From Candidatus Latescibacterota bacterium (GTDB lineage Bacteria; Latescibacterota; UBA2968; GCA-2709665): a stretch of DNA of 64,000 nt. Below the pieces are notes generated by a model. The model saw only the letters and a program-made list of their open reading frames with translations, did not search any database and was not told where the DNA came from. The stretch lies in NCBI GenBank assembly GCA_963662665.2, contig CAXXJS010000053.1, forward strand, positions 1 to 64,000, read 5' to 3'. Shown here piece after piece: positions 1 to 9,880 of the stretch (position 1 is the first letter of the stretch; the number at the start of each line of letters is the position of its first letter). The translations under genes were made by a program, and so were the position numbers.

Positions 1-1
1 G

Positions 2-1213
2 GGCGCCGCGAGGGTCGTGGCCTTCGCGAAGACCTGCAGGAAAGCCTCGCTGGTCCACGTGTCAACCGCGTACGTAAGCGGACAGCGGACCGGCCGGATC
101 CCGGAGGCGCCGTTTCCACAAAATCGGAGCGTTTCGGATCTCATCAACGGAAGCCCGGCCGGATTCGACCTTCAGGACGAGATTGACGCCATTCGGGCGT
201 TCGCCCGGGAGGTGGAAGCGGCATCCAGGAAGCCCGACCTGGAGGCCGCGTTCCTGAAGCAACTCAGGCGCCAGGACCGCGGCAAACGCGTGACGGACTA
301 CCGGAAGGCGCACCAGGTCGAAGCGCTTCGGCAGCGCTGGATCCGGAAGCAACTGGTGGACGAGGGAATGCGGAGGGCGAGGCGCTGGGGCTGGAACGAC
401 AGCTACACGCTCACCAAGGCGATGGGCGAGCAGATGATCGTGAAGTCGCGTGGAGACCTTCCAACGGCCATCGTCCGTCCGTCCATCGTTGAGAGCAGTC
501 TCGAAGACCCGGAGCCGGGCTGGGTGGAGGATCTGAAAGTCGCCGATCCGCTGATCGTCCACTACGGTAAAGGCCGCCTGACGAACTTCCCTATCGATCC
601 CAAGATTGTGCTGGACATTATACCCGTGGACATGTTGAACAACGCCGTTACGGCGGTGCTTCCGCAGGTTCACGGGGCGCGGGAGATGAAGGTCTACCAC
701 GTGGCGTCGGGCTCACAGAATCCGGTGCGGGCGAGTGAAATGGTCGAACTGGTATACGGCTACTTCAAGACCTCGCCCTTGCGGGGCCGGAAAGGGCAGC
801 CCATCGAAGTCCGGCCCTGGCAGTTCATCAGCAGACGGCGGTTCTCCTGTATGGTCCTTTTGAAATACAAGCTTCCGCTGCGCCTCTTGAAGGCGGCCGT
901 TGACTATTTGCCAACCCGGTGGGTTTCCCGCTACAGGCGCCGGGTTATGGCGATGGAAGCCATACTGGTCAGGCTCGAGTCCCTGCTCGATATATATTGC
1001 GGGTATACCCATCTCGACTGCGAGTTCGAAACGGAAAATACCCGCAAGCTGTTCCAGGGGTTGAATCCGGAAGACCGGAAGGCGTTTAACTTCGACGTGA
1101 CGCGCATCGACTGGCGGGTATATATCCAGGAGATCCACATTCCCGGATTGAAACACCATGTATTGAAAGAGGGGGACGGTGCGGTTTCCGTGCTGACCGC
1201 TCAGGCCGATTGA
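2..1213 (+). CDS. Fatty acyl-CoA reductase (alcohol-forming FAR, male-sterility type), 5'-truncated by window edge
   Basis: VHVSTAYV, YTLTKAMGE (YxxxK), IVRPSIV, DIIPVD and C-terminal FNFDVTRIDW...IPGLK typical of FAR; frame open from position 2. Confidence 0.88.
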   Translation, partial: GAARVVAFAKTCRKASLVHVSTAYVSGQRTGRIPEAPFPQNRSVSDLINGSPAGFDLQDEIDAIRAFAREVEAASRKPDLEAAFLKQLRRQDRGKRVTDYRKAHQVEALRQRWIRKQLVDEGMRRARRWGWNDSYTLTKAMGEQMIVKSRGDLPTAIVRPSIVESSLEDPEPGWVEDLKVADPLIVHYGKGRLTNFPIDPKIVLDIIPVDMLNNAVTAVLPQVHGAREMKVYHVASGSQNPVRASEMVELVYGYFKTSPLRGRKGQPIEVRPWQFISRRRFSCMVLLKYKLPLRLLKAAVDYLPTRWVSRYRRRVMAMEAILVRLESLLDIYCGYTHLDCEFETENTRKLFQGLNPEDRKAFNFDVTRIDWRVYIQEIHIPGLKHHVLKEGDGAVSVLTAQAD

Positions 1214-1338
1214 CCGGGTTGCGGGAGTTCGAGGATAAGGACCGCCAACGGTCGACAATTCCCCCGACCGGGTTTGAACGGTCGAATCAAAACCACGCCC
1301 GGGCGGATGTTCGGCTCTTTTAGTGGGACCGAGGCCAA

Positions 1339-3279
1339 ATGAATCGGAATCAATCCGTTCCCATACACCGTATGTTGCTGCAGGATCCAGCCCGTCTGGC
1401 GGCCGCGTACGATGAGGCTGCCGCCGAGTTGATCGCGGCTGTCCGGCCCGAAGGCTATTTCGAGGGGTGGGCGACGGAGGATCTGACGTGGCCGGCGGGC
1501 GGCGCCGATGAGATCGGCCTCGATGGCCTGCGGAAAAGGGCGCGCATCGTGGACGCGATCTACCAGGGCGTTCCGGGGCTGCGGGACAGTCGCCTGAAGG
1601 AAGCCCACGACCACTTCGATGAACTGACGCCCGCGTATCACGAAGGCAGCCGGATTTATCTGCGCCTGCGGGATGAGTTCGTTGGCAGCGGCGCAGGAAC
1701 GGGCCAGGACTTCCTGAAACTATACCAGTCGCTGTACGTTGAGGCGCTCGCAAGGGGGGACGATTTTTCGCCCGACCTGGCGGAAACAGCGCTGGCGCAG
1801 GCCAGGATCTCACGAGTACCGCTGTCCCACGCAAGGGCCGTTGCGGAAGCGCTGCCCAGCGTTGCCACGGACGAAGATCCGCGTTGGCATGTTGAATACT
1901 CCTGCGAGGTCAATGGCAATACATGGAATGGAACCCTCCGGGAACTCCTGGAAACAGTGGCGCAGAAGACGTTGCACTACATTGCGGCCGGAGAGCTTCT
2001 CGCCACGCGCTACAACACGTACAATAACCTTGGATGGTTCGGCAGTTCGGTGTGGAAAGTGGTCGCGGAAGCCGACGTCCTGCTATGCCGGATCCAGGGT
2101 CTGGATCCCGAACACTCGGCGGCACTGAAGGCAGACGTGGACCTGGGCCGGAGCATGCTTGTGGAGTTCCTTGCCGCGCACCGGGAGGACCCCTCGCGGC
2201 TCAGGCCGGAGAATTACTGGTACGGGCAGCCGTACAGCTATCTGACGCGGGATATGATCGACCTGAGCGCCCGTATTGTGGATGGCGTGAACTCCGCGGC
2301 ACCGGAAGCGGACGGAGTGGAGGCATTGGCGCTTCCCCCGCTGCTCGCCGGTTCCCACACGGGTCGGTTTCTGGACTACGCCCACGTGGGCGTAACCGAG
2401 GAACTGACCTCCTTGAAGCGCAAGATCCGGATGTTGCGGTGGGCGAAGCGCTGCTGGAGGGTAGGAAAGCGCCGGGGCCGCATTGCGGAGGAGGATCTTG
2501 CACCGGAACTCAGGCACGAGCGGGCGTGGGAGGTCTGGCTGGATTGGTCGCGGGACACGATGGATGCGTTCGGCATCCGGCTGGAAGTGACGGTTGATCC
2601 GATGTTCCGCACCCTTGTCCGGGAAATGGACCTTTCCGGTGGGGGCCGGAAGATTCTGTTCCTGCCGTCGCACCAGAGCATGCTGGAGCATTTCGTTGTG
2701 TTTTCCGTGTTCAACGATCCCGTGTTTCTGGATGCCATGGGATGGGACCGTTCCCGCCCGGTGGTGCAGTTGGCGCGCACGGGACTGGCGAAGTCCACGT
2801 CGGTGAGGATCGGGTCCCGCGAGATCAGCATCTTCGGAATGTCGCCGGACAAATTCGACCGGATGTTCGAGACGGTGGACGGCTTCATCACCCGGGACAG
2901 CGTGGATATCTCATCCCATACGATTCCGCGCATCCTGCAGGAAATGGAACGCCGCCCCGGTGTGATCTATCCGATGGGCACAACGGCATCGTTCGACGTG
3001 CAGTTGTTTCCGCTGCAGCACGCGCTGTTCGCCAAGCTGCCCCAGGACGTCGTGATGATTCCGATTGTCTTTCGGGGCAGCCACGCGCTCTGGCCTAAGT
3101 GTCCGGCGCGCAATCTGAATATCAATCCGGGTGTGATCGAGGCGGTGATCCTGCCCCCTATGCCGGGCGAGACCACGTTGCTGCCCCGCCGCCGGTCCCT
3201 GCGAATCCAGCTGGAGGCCGCCAATCTGCTTCAAGCGGTGCATATTTCCAATCTGCTGAATCCGGAACCCTCGCAGTGA
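1339..3279 (+). CDS. Two-domain protein: unknown N-terminal region plus C-terminal glycerolipid acyltransferase (PlsC/GNPAT-like)
   Basis: LFLPSHQSMLE (block I HxxxxD/E), IYPMGT (block III-like), IPIVFRGS (block IV); located between FAR and AGPS. Confidence 0.65.
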   Translation: MNRNQSVPIHRMLLQDPARLAAAYDEAAAELIAAVRPEGYFEGWATEDLTWPAGGADEIGLDGLRKRARIVDAIYQGVPGLRDSRLKEAHDHFDELTPAYHEGSRIYLRLRDEFVGSGAGTGQDFLKLYQSLYVEALARGDDFSPDLAETALAQARISRVPLSHARAVAEALPSVATDEDPRWHVEYSCEVNGNTWNGTLRELLETVAQKTLHYIAAGELLATRYNTYNNLGWFGSSVWKVVAEADVLLCRIQGLDPEHSAALKADVDLGRSMLVEFLAAHREDPSRLRPENYWYGQPYSYLTRDMIDLSARIVDGVNSAAPEADGVEALALPPLLAGSHTGRFLDYAHVGVTEELTSLKRKIRMLRWAKRCWRVGKRRGRIAEEDLAPELRHERAWEVWLDWSRDTMDAFGIRLEVTVDPMFRTLVREMDLSGGGRKILFLPSHQSMLEHFVVFSVFNDPVFLDAMGWDRSRPVVQLARTGLAKSTSVRIGSREISIFGMSPDKFDRMFETVDGFITRDSVDISSHTIPRILQEMERRPGVIYPMGTTASFDVQLFPLQHALFAKLPQDVVMIPIVFRGSHALWPKCPARNLNINPGVIEAVILPPMPGETTLLPRRRSLRIQLEAANLLQAVHISNLLNPEPSQ

Positions 3280-3370
3280 TGCGCCTGGTCCGGACGTCCC
3301 GGGCCATCCTCATTTAATCGCCTGGCTGCATTCGACTGGCACGGCCGTTTGTGGCAATCGGGAGTACGAT

Positions 3371-5218
3371 ATGCCTGACTGGGGAGTAGCAGCGGTTGCC
3401 GTAGCCGTTATGCTTGTGTTTGCACATCTGTCGAACCGGAAACGATCCGGAAACGAACCGGATGATTTCTTCGATCTTTCCGAGGGTGAACGGTTCCCCC
3501 ACAAGTGGGGATACACGGATACACGCTTCGAGTTCGTTGGCGAACGGACGGTGAAGGTAACCGGGAGCCGGTACCCGATTTCGGGATACCGGATGCCGTT
3601 TCTGGTGGACTTTGTGGAGGACGTGCTGGGAATTGCAATCCGCAGGGAAGACTCGTACGCGGAGCGTGAGGACGTTGAAGCGCCCAGGCCGAATCTGGAT
3701 GCCGCTTTCGGCAACGCGGTGAAAGAACGGTTCAGAGACGGGCAGGTTTCGTTCGATTCCAAAACCAGGCTCGTGCACAGCCACGGACAGTTGAGCGTTG
3801 AGGAAGTGTATCGCGTGATGTACGGCGACTCGCTGCCGCGCCTGGTCGATATGGTGTTCTATCCGAAGGAAGAAGCCGAGGTCAAGGACGTCATCGACCT
3901 GGCAAATGCGCACAATGTCTGTCTGGTTCCCTATGGCGGAGGGACGAACGTGAGCGGGGCGCTGGCGTGTCCGCCCGATGAGCGGCGCACGATCGTGTCC
4001 GTGGATATGCGGCGAATGGACCGGGTGTTGTGGATCGACGAGGACAATCTCCAGGCCTGCGTCGAATCGGGCATTTCCGGAAAGGCGATGGAGCAGGCAC
4101 TCGGGGAGCGGGGGTATACGTCGGGGCACGATCCCGACAGCGTGGAATTTTCCACGATGGGCGGGTGGATCTCGACCAACGCGAGCGGGATGAAGAAGAA
4201 CCGATACGGCAATATTGAAGATATCGTGCTCGAGGCAACGCTGGTGACGCCCACCGGAGAAATTGCGACCCGCGGGGTGACGCCCCGGAATTCCACGGGC
4301 GTTCAACCCAGGGGGCTGTTGTTCGGCAGCGAGGGCAATTTCGGAATCATCACCACGGCGGTGATCAAGATCCATCCGATCCCGGAGGTACGCAGGTACG
4401 GCGCGCTTGTGTTTCCGGCGTTCGAGAAGGGCGTCGCATACCTGAAGGCGCTTCGGCGGACAGGGATGCTTCCGGCGAGCATCCGCCTGGTCAACAATAA
4501 CGAATTCCGGTTCGGTCAGGCCCTGAAACCGGAGCCGACGTCACTGAAAGGCGTCAAGGAACGGATTCAAAAGTTTGTACTGTTGAAGGTGCTGGGATTC
4601 GATCCGATGAAGATGGCGGCCTGTACCATCGTGATGGAGGGCACTCACGACGAGGTCAGCCAGCAGGAACGCACGATCTTCAGCCTGGCGAAAGAATACG
4701 GCGCAAAGAGCGCGGGCGCGAGCAACGGCAAGAGAGGATACTCGCTGACCTTCGGCATCGCCTATATTCGAGACTTCCTGAATCAGTACGGCATTCTGGG
4801 CGAAACCTTCGAAACGTCGGTTCCCTGGGACCGGATCCACCAGGTATGCGACGCGGTATCGGAGGAACTGTTGGCGCAGGCTGCCAGGCACGAGGTGCCG
4901 GGTAAGCCCTACCTCTCCTACAGGGTAACGCAGACCTATCATACCGGCGTCTGCATCTATTTTACCATGGGCATTTGCGGCAAGGGTCTGGAACGGCCCG
5001 GCCGGACGTTCCACGCGATCGAACACCGGTTGCGCCAGGTAATACTCGACAACGGGGGGTCGTTGTCGCACCATCACGGCGTTGGAAAGGTCAGGCGGGA
5101 ATTCCTGCCCCAGATACAGACCGATAACAGCATTCAGGTTATGCGCCAGGCGAAGAACGCGATGGATCCGAATAATATCTTCGGGATAAGGAATGGAGTG
5201 TTTGGGGGATCAGACTGA
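3371..5218 (+). CDS. Alkyl-dihydroxyacetone-phosphate synthase (AGPS-like FAD-linked enzyme)
   Basis: KWGYTDT, HSHGQ, PYGGGTNVS, GHDPDSVEFSTMGGWISTNASGMKKNRYGNIED, GSEGNFGIIT, YRVTQTY, SLSHHHGVGK closely match eukaryotic AGPS. Confidence 0.9.
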   Translation: MPDWGVAAVAVAVMLVFAHLSNRKRSGNEPDDFFDLSEGERFPHKWGYTDTRFEFVGERTVKVTGSRYPISGYRMPFLVDFVEDVLGIAIRREDSYAEREDVEAPRPNLDAAFGNAVKERFRDGQVSFDSKTRLVHSHGQLSVEEVYRVMYGDSLPRLVDMVFYPKEEAEVKDVIDLANAHNVCLVPYGGGTNVSGALACPPDERRTIVSVDMRRMDRVLWIDEDNLQACVESGISGKAMEQALGERGYTSGHDPDSVEFSTMGGWISTNASGMKKNRYGNIEDIVLEATLVTPTGEIATRGVTPRNSTGVQPRGLLFGSEGNFGIITTAVIKIHPIPEVRRYGALVFPAFEKGVAYLKALRRTGMLPASIRLVNNNEFRFGQALKPEPTSLKGVKERIQKFVLLKVLGFDPMKMAACTIVMEGTHDEVSQQERTIFSLAKEYGAKSAGASNGKRGYSLTFGIAYIRDFLNQYGILGETFETSVPWDRIHQVCDAVSEELLAQAARHEVPGKPYLSYRVTQTYHTGVCIYFTMGICGKGLERPGRTFHAIEHRLRQVILDNGGSLSHHHGVGKVRREFLPQIQTDNSIQVMRQAKNAMDPNNIFGIRNGVFGGSD

Positions 5219-5443
5219 CGAGAAAATCTAGAAAAACCCCCCATGCCACAACCGGGCGTGCGCAAGGTAGACCCGGAAGGACCGTCGCGGGGATATGCGA
5301 CCATACCGCCTTTCGTTGTTTGCTTTGTGTCGCGCCTCCGTTGCATTTGTAGGGGCAACCCTTGTTTTGGTTGTTTCCGGTTTCCCTTTGTGTCTTCGTG
5401 CCTTTGTGTGAGCAGAAGTTTTATCTGACCTGAAGGGTCGCGT

Positions 5444-6250
5444 ATGTTCCAGGGAAAAGTCGTTGCGATAACAGGCGCGTCATCCGGTCTGGGTGCCACG
5501 CTGGCGCTGGCGTTCGCGGAGGAAGGCGCGGATCTGGCGTTGTTTGCGCTGGACGACGGCGTACATGAGACGGCGGAAGCGTGCCGCGAGCGGGGCAGCC
5601 GCGCCATTACGGCAACGGGTGACGTAGGAAAACCGGAGGACTGCGAGGGTTGGATCGACGCCGCTGTTTCCGAATTGGGTGGTCTGGACTACCTGGTTGC
5701 CTGCGCCGGTATCAGCATGTGGGCACGGTTTGAAGAGGTGGAGGACCTGGCGATCTTCAGGAAGTTGATGGAAACGAACTATCTGGGTATCGTGCATTGC
5801 GTGTATTACGCGCTGCCCCACCTGAAGGCGCGCGACGGGATGGTTGTGGCGATTTCCTCCATCCAGGGCAAGATCGGCGTGCCCTTGCACACCGGATACG
5901 TGGCTTCCAAGCACGCCGTCCAGGGATTCTTCGAGTCGTTGCGAACGGAATTGCTCGATACCGGCGTGGACGTGATGACGGTGCTGCCCCACTGGCTGCG
6001 GGGGACCAACCTCCGCAAGGCTGCGTTCGGCAAGCACGGCGGCTCTCTTGGCGGGTCGAGCCGAAAACACAGCAAGGAGTCCATATCGCTGGACGACGCA
6101 TCCAGGGCCATCATCAAAGCCATGAGAAAGAGGAAGCGGGAACTGATTATCCCGTTCAAACTCAGATTTCTGCCCTGGCTGCATCTGATCAGTCCGAAGA
6201 TTGTCGAATATCTGGTAACGCGCGGGGTGGCCAGGCAGGATAAGGGATGA
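5444..6250 (+). CDS. Short-chain dehydrogenase/reductase, DHRS7/DHRS7B-like (candidate acyl/alkyl-DHAP reductase)
   Basis: TGASSGLG, SSIQGK, YVASKHAVQGFFESLRTEL. Confidence 0.85.
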   Translation: MFQGKVVAITGASSGLGATLALAFAEEGADLALFALDDGVHETAEACRERGSRAITATGDVGKPEDCEGWIDAAVSELGGLDYLVACAGISMWARFEEVEDLAIFRKLMETNYLGIVHCVYYALPHLKARDGMVVAISSIQGKIGVPLHTGYVASKHAVQGFFESLRTELLDTGVDVMTVLPHWLRGTNLRKAAFGKHGGSLGGSSRKHSKESISLDDASRAIIKAMRKRKRELIIPFKLRFLPWLHLISPKIVEYLVTRGVARQDKG

Positions 6251-6286
6251 CGGCGGGTTGTTGAGGGCGAAAGCACAGGAAAGGAT

Positions 6287-7006
<720 letters not shown>

Positions 7007-7112
7007 TCACACAAGAGTGTCGGGATTCTCCAGTCAGGCCGCCGTCAGGCGGCTTTTCATCGGGCGATTCCACGCGGGCGCCCGGGTTGTGCGGGCAGCG
7101 GCGCGGTCCGGG

Positions 7113-8480
7113 TCAGGCCGGGCCCGTGACGGCGTGGATGGACTCGTAGACGATATTCAACAGTGCTTTGAGATCGCCGCCGGGAATAGCCAGGGGCGGC
7201 ATGAGGACGATGGTGTCGCCAAGCGGACGGATAAGAAGACCCTGCCTTCGGGCCTCGGCGCAAACGCGGGCGCCGATCCTCTCCGCGTGGGGATACGGTC
7301 GACTGTCTGACCGGTCGGCAATCAGTTCGATGCCGGCGATGAAGCCGCATTGCCGCACGTCGCCCACGTGGGCGACGTGCCCGAACCGGCGGAGTCCGCG
7401 CGCGAGCAGTTTGATTTTGTGGCGCAGAGATGCCAGTACCCCCTGGTTTTCGAAGCGGTCGATGGCTGCCAGCGCGGCTGCACAGCCGAGCGGATTGCCG
7501 GTGTACGTATGGCCGTGGAAAAACGTCCGGCCCTCGCTGTCTTCGCCCAGAAAGGCATTGAAGATGCCACTGGTTGTCAGCGTGGCGGCCACGGGAAGGT
7601 ATCCGCCCGTGATGCCCTTGCCAAGGCAGAGTACGTCCGGTGCGACGCCTTCTTTCTCACAGGCGAACATTGCGCCCGTGCGGCCGAAGCCAGTGGCGAT
7701 TTCATCGGCAATGAGCAGGACGTCGTGCGCCTTGCAGAGGTCGGCGACACCCTTCAGATAGCCTTCCGGATGCACCAGCATTCCGCCCGCTCCCTGGATG
7801 AGCGGTTCCACGATGAAGGCGGCGATGCGGTGGGCGTCCCGCTCCAGAATGTCTTCGACCGCCCGCAAACAACCCCGGTTGCACGCAGTTTCGCAGGAGC
7901 AGAACGTACAGCGATACGGGTGCGGCGCCGGCGCGCTCAGCGATGGGAAGAGGAGGGGACCGTACGCCTCCTGGAAGAGGTCGATGTTGCCGACGCTCAT
8001 GGCGCCGATGGTGTCGCCGTGATAGCTCTGCGAGAGGCTGAGAAAAGTCGTTTTCTCGGGTTTCGGATCCGGTCGCTGCCGCCAGTATTGGAAGGCGATT
8101 TTCAGGGCGATCTCAACGGCGCAGGCGCCGGTGTCGGAGTAGAACACGTGGTTCAGACCAGGGGGCGTGACTTCCACGAGTTTTTCAGCCAGACGGATTG
8201 CAGGTACGTTGGACATCCCCAGTAGCGTGCTGTGTGCGACCTGGTCCAGTTGTGCGCGTATGGCGTTGTCGATGTCAGCCACGCGGTGACCGTGGACGTT
8301 GCACCACATGGAGGAGTAGCCGTCGATGTACCGGTTGCCGTCGATATCCTCCAGGTACACACCGTCGGCGCGCGCGATGATTACGGGGTCCTCACGCGCG
8401 TAGGATCGCATCTGGGTGAACGGATGCCACACCAGGCGACGGTCGAGGTCTTTCAGGCGGGTCTTCTCGTCCGGAGACAT
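7113..8480 (-). CDS. bioA: Adenosylmethionine-8-amino-7-oxononanoate aminotransferase
   Basis: VWHPFTQM, YHGDT, DEIATGFGRTG, GKGITGGY, HGHTYTGNP; adjacent bioD; start taken at MSPDEK. Confidence 0.95.
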   Translation of the reverse strand: MSPDEKTRLKDLDRRLVWHPFTQMRSYAREDPVIIARADGVYLEDIDGNRYIDGYSSMWCNVHGHRVADIDNAIRAQLDQVAHSTLLGMSNVPAIRLAEKLVEVTPPGLNHVFYSDTGACAVEIALKIAFQYWRQRPDPKPEKTTFLSLSQSYHGDTIGAMSVGNIDLFQEAYGPLLFPSLSAPAPHPYRCTFCSCETACNRGCLRAVEDILERDAHRIAAFIVEPLIQGAGGMLVHPEGYLKGVADLCKAHDVLLIADEIATGFGRTGAMFACEKEGVAPDVLCLGKGITGGYLPVAATLTTSGIFNAFLGEDSEGRTFFHGHTYTGNPLGCAAALAAIDRFENQGVLASLRHKIKLLARGLRRFGHVAHVGDVRQCGFIAGIELIADRSDSRPYPHAERIGARVCAEARRQGLLIRPLGDTIVLMPPLAIPGGDLKALLNIVYESIHAVTGPA

Positions 8481-8489
8481 GATACCTAA

Positions 8490-8680
8490 CCTTGATTCGC
8501 TATTTTTCCGGGACGTAAAATCGAATATAGGCAAGTGGATAAAGGCGATTTGACGGCTGATTACCAGGATACGCCAGGTCACTGGACGTGAACTGAAAAA
8601 ACGTCCTTTTTGACGACCGTTGCGCCCCGTTTCAGGGGTTTTCGTCGCGTTTCCGAGTTGCTGTTTTTTTCGGATTGGGG
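8490..8680 (+). mobile_element. 191 bp MITE-like element, copy 1
   Basis: Similar along its length to reverse complement of 28689-28879; same length; CTAA at 8486-8489 and 8681-8684. Confidence 0.8.
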
Positions 8681-8866
8681 CTAATCGTGGGGTGTTTGGA
8701 CGGGAAGCGGTGGGTGAACGTGGATTCCCGGAGTTCGTCCACGGCTGCGGGCACCGGATTTCCGCGGGCCTTTCTCAATGGCAACAGGCGCCGGGAGTCT
8801 GCACCGATGAGTCCCGTAGCACGGAGTCAGGGGCTTCCACCGGGCCGGATTCCCCCCGGATTTCGG

Positions 8867-9802
8867 CTATTGCCTGCTGGCGCCGATGCTCTCCAGGATG
8901 TTTACGGGCATCTTGCAGACCATCGTGTACGCGGGGTCGTAGACGTTGCCCACGTCGTATTCCACGGCCTGGCCCATGAGGATGTGTATGGATCGGGCAT
9001 CCAGGCCGAAGTCTTCCTGGAGGAATCGGATCAACTCGGTGGTGGCGTGTTGCGTTGCCTGATCCAGCGGGCGCGCGTTGCCCACCGCCATCACGTGGGT
9101 CTCGTTGATTGCCCGCGGCCACTGGATGGTTTTGCCCTTCAGGAGACGTAGCGTGAAGGTCACGTCGAAGGAGATTTCAATGCCCGTGCCGGCGATTTCG
9201 CCGTCGCCCTGTACTGCGTGGCCGTCGCCGATGTGGAACAGGCCGCCTTCGACGAAAACGGGGAAGTATACTGTTACGCCCTGGACAAATTCCCTGTAGT
9301 CCATATTGCCGCCGTGCGTATCGGAGGTGGCGGTTGAGATGGCCTGACCGCGGGGCGGCGCCACGCCGAAGCAGCCGACCATGGGCTTCAGCGGGATCCG
9401 GAGCCTGCCGATGGGAAGGTCTTCGAAGCCGATGGGCGTGGCCGTGTTGTTCTTGAAGTCGATTTCCCAATCCAGGAGGCGGTCCCGGTTGTCGTCAAAT
9501 TCGGGCCTGTATCCGAAATCCAGCACGTTGGCGGCGACAACACCCGACGTATACCCCACCCTTCGGTTTGGCGCCAGTTTGTCGAAAGTAACGGCCAGGG
9601 TGTCGCCCGGTTCCGCGCCTTCGAGGTAAAAGGGTCCCGTCTGGGGATTTCCGGCCGGAGTGATCGGCGTGCCAGTGGCGTCGCTTCCGCCCGCGTCCAC
9701 GGTCGTTGTTGTAATGGTGTCTCCGCTTGCGACGTGCAGCACCGGATCGTGCGCGCCGATGGCCGTGTGGTAGGTTTCAGGGACGAAGTGATGGTGGGCC
9801 AT
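8867..9802 (-). CDS. Acetamidase/formamidase family protein
   Basis: NPQTGPFYLEGAEPGDTL, HGGNMD, GDGHAVQGDGEIAGTGIE; AGAGGAG RBS before MAHHHF. Confidence 0.92.
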   Translation of the reverse strand: MAHHHFVPETYHTAIGAHDPVLHVASGDTITTTTVDAGGSDATGTPITPAGNPQTGPFYLEGAEPGDTLAVTFDKLAPNRRVGYTSGVVAANVLDFGYRPEFDDNRDRLLDWEIDFKNNTATPIGFEDLPIGRLRIPLKPMVGCFGVAPPRGQAISTATSDTHGGNMDYREFVQGVTVYFPVFVEGGLFHIGDGHAVQGDGEIAGTGIEISFDVTFTLRLLKGKTIQWPRAINETHVMAVGNARPLDQATQHATTELIRFLQEDFGLDARSIHILMGQAVEYDVGNVYDPAYTMVCKMPVNILESIGASRQ

Positions 9803-9880
9803 GAAGACTCCTCTAATGTAAGTGCGAGTGGGGTGGCGGAGCGTTCGAGGGCGCAAACCGGGCCGATTTCAGCGGATCTG

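Noticed and set aside
8481-8582. Extended N-termini of BioA (from 8582) and of the Omp85 fusion (from 28694) in the ORF track
   Set aside because: Both upstream starts lie inside MITE copies; downstream ATGs fit the families better.
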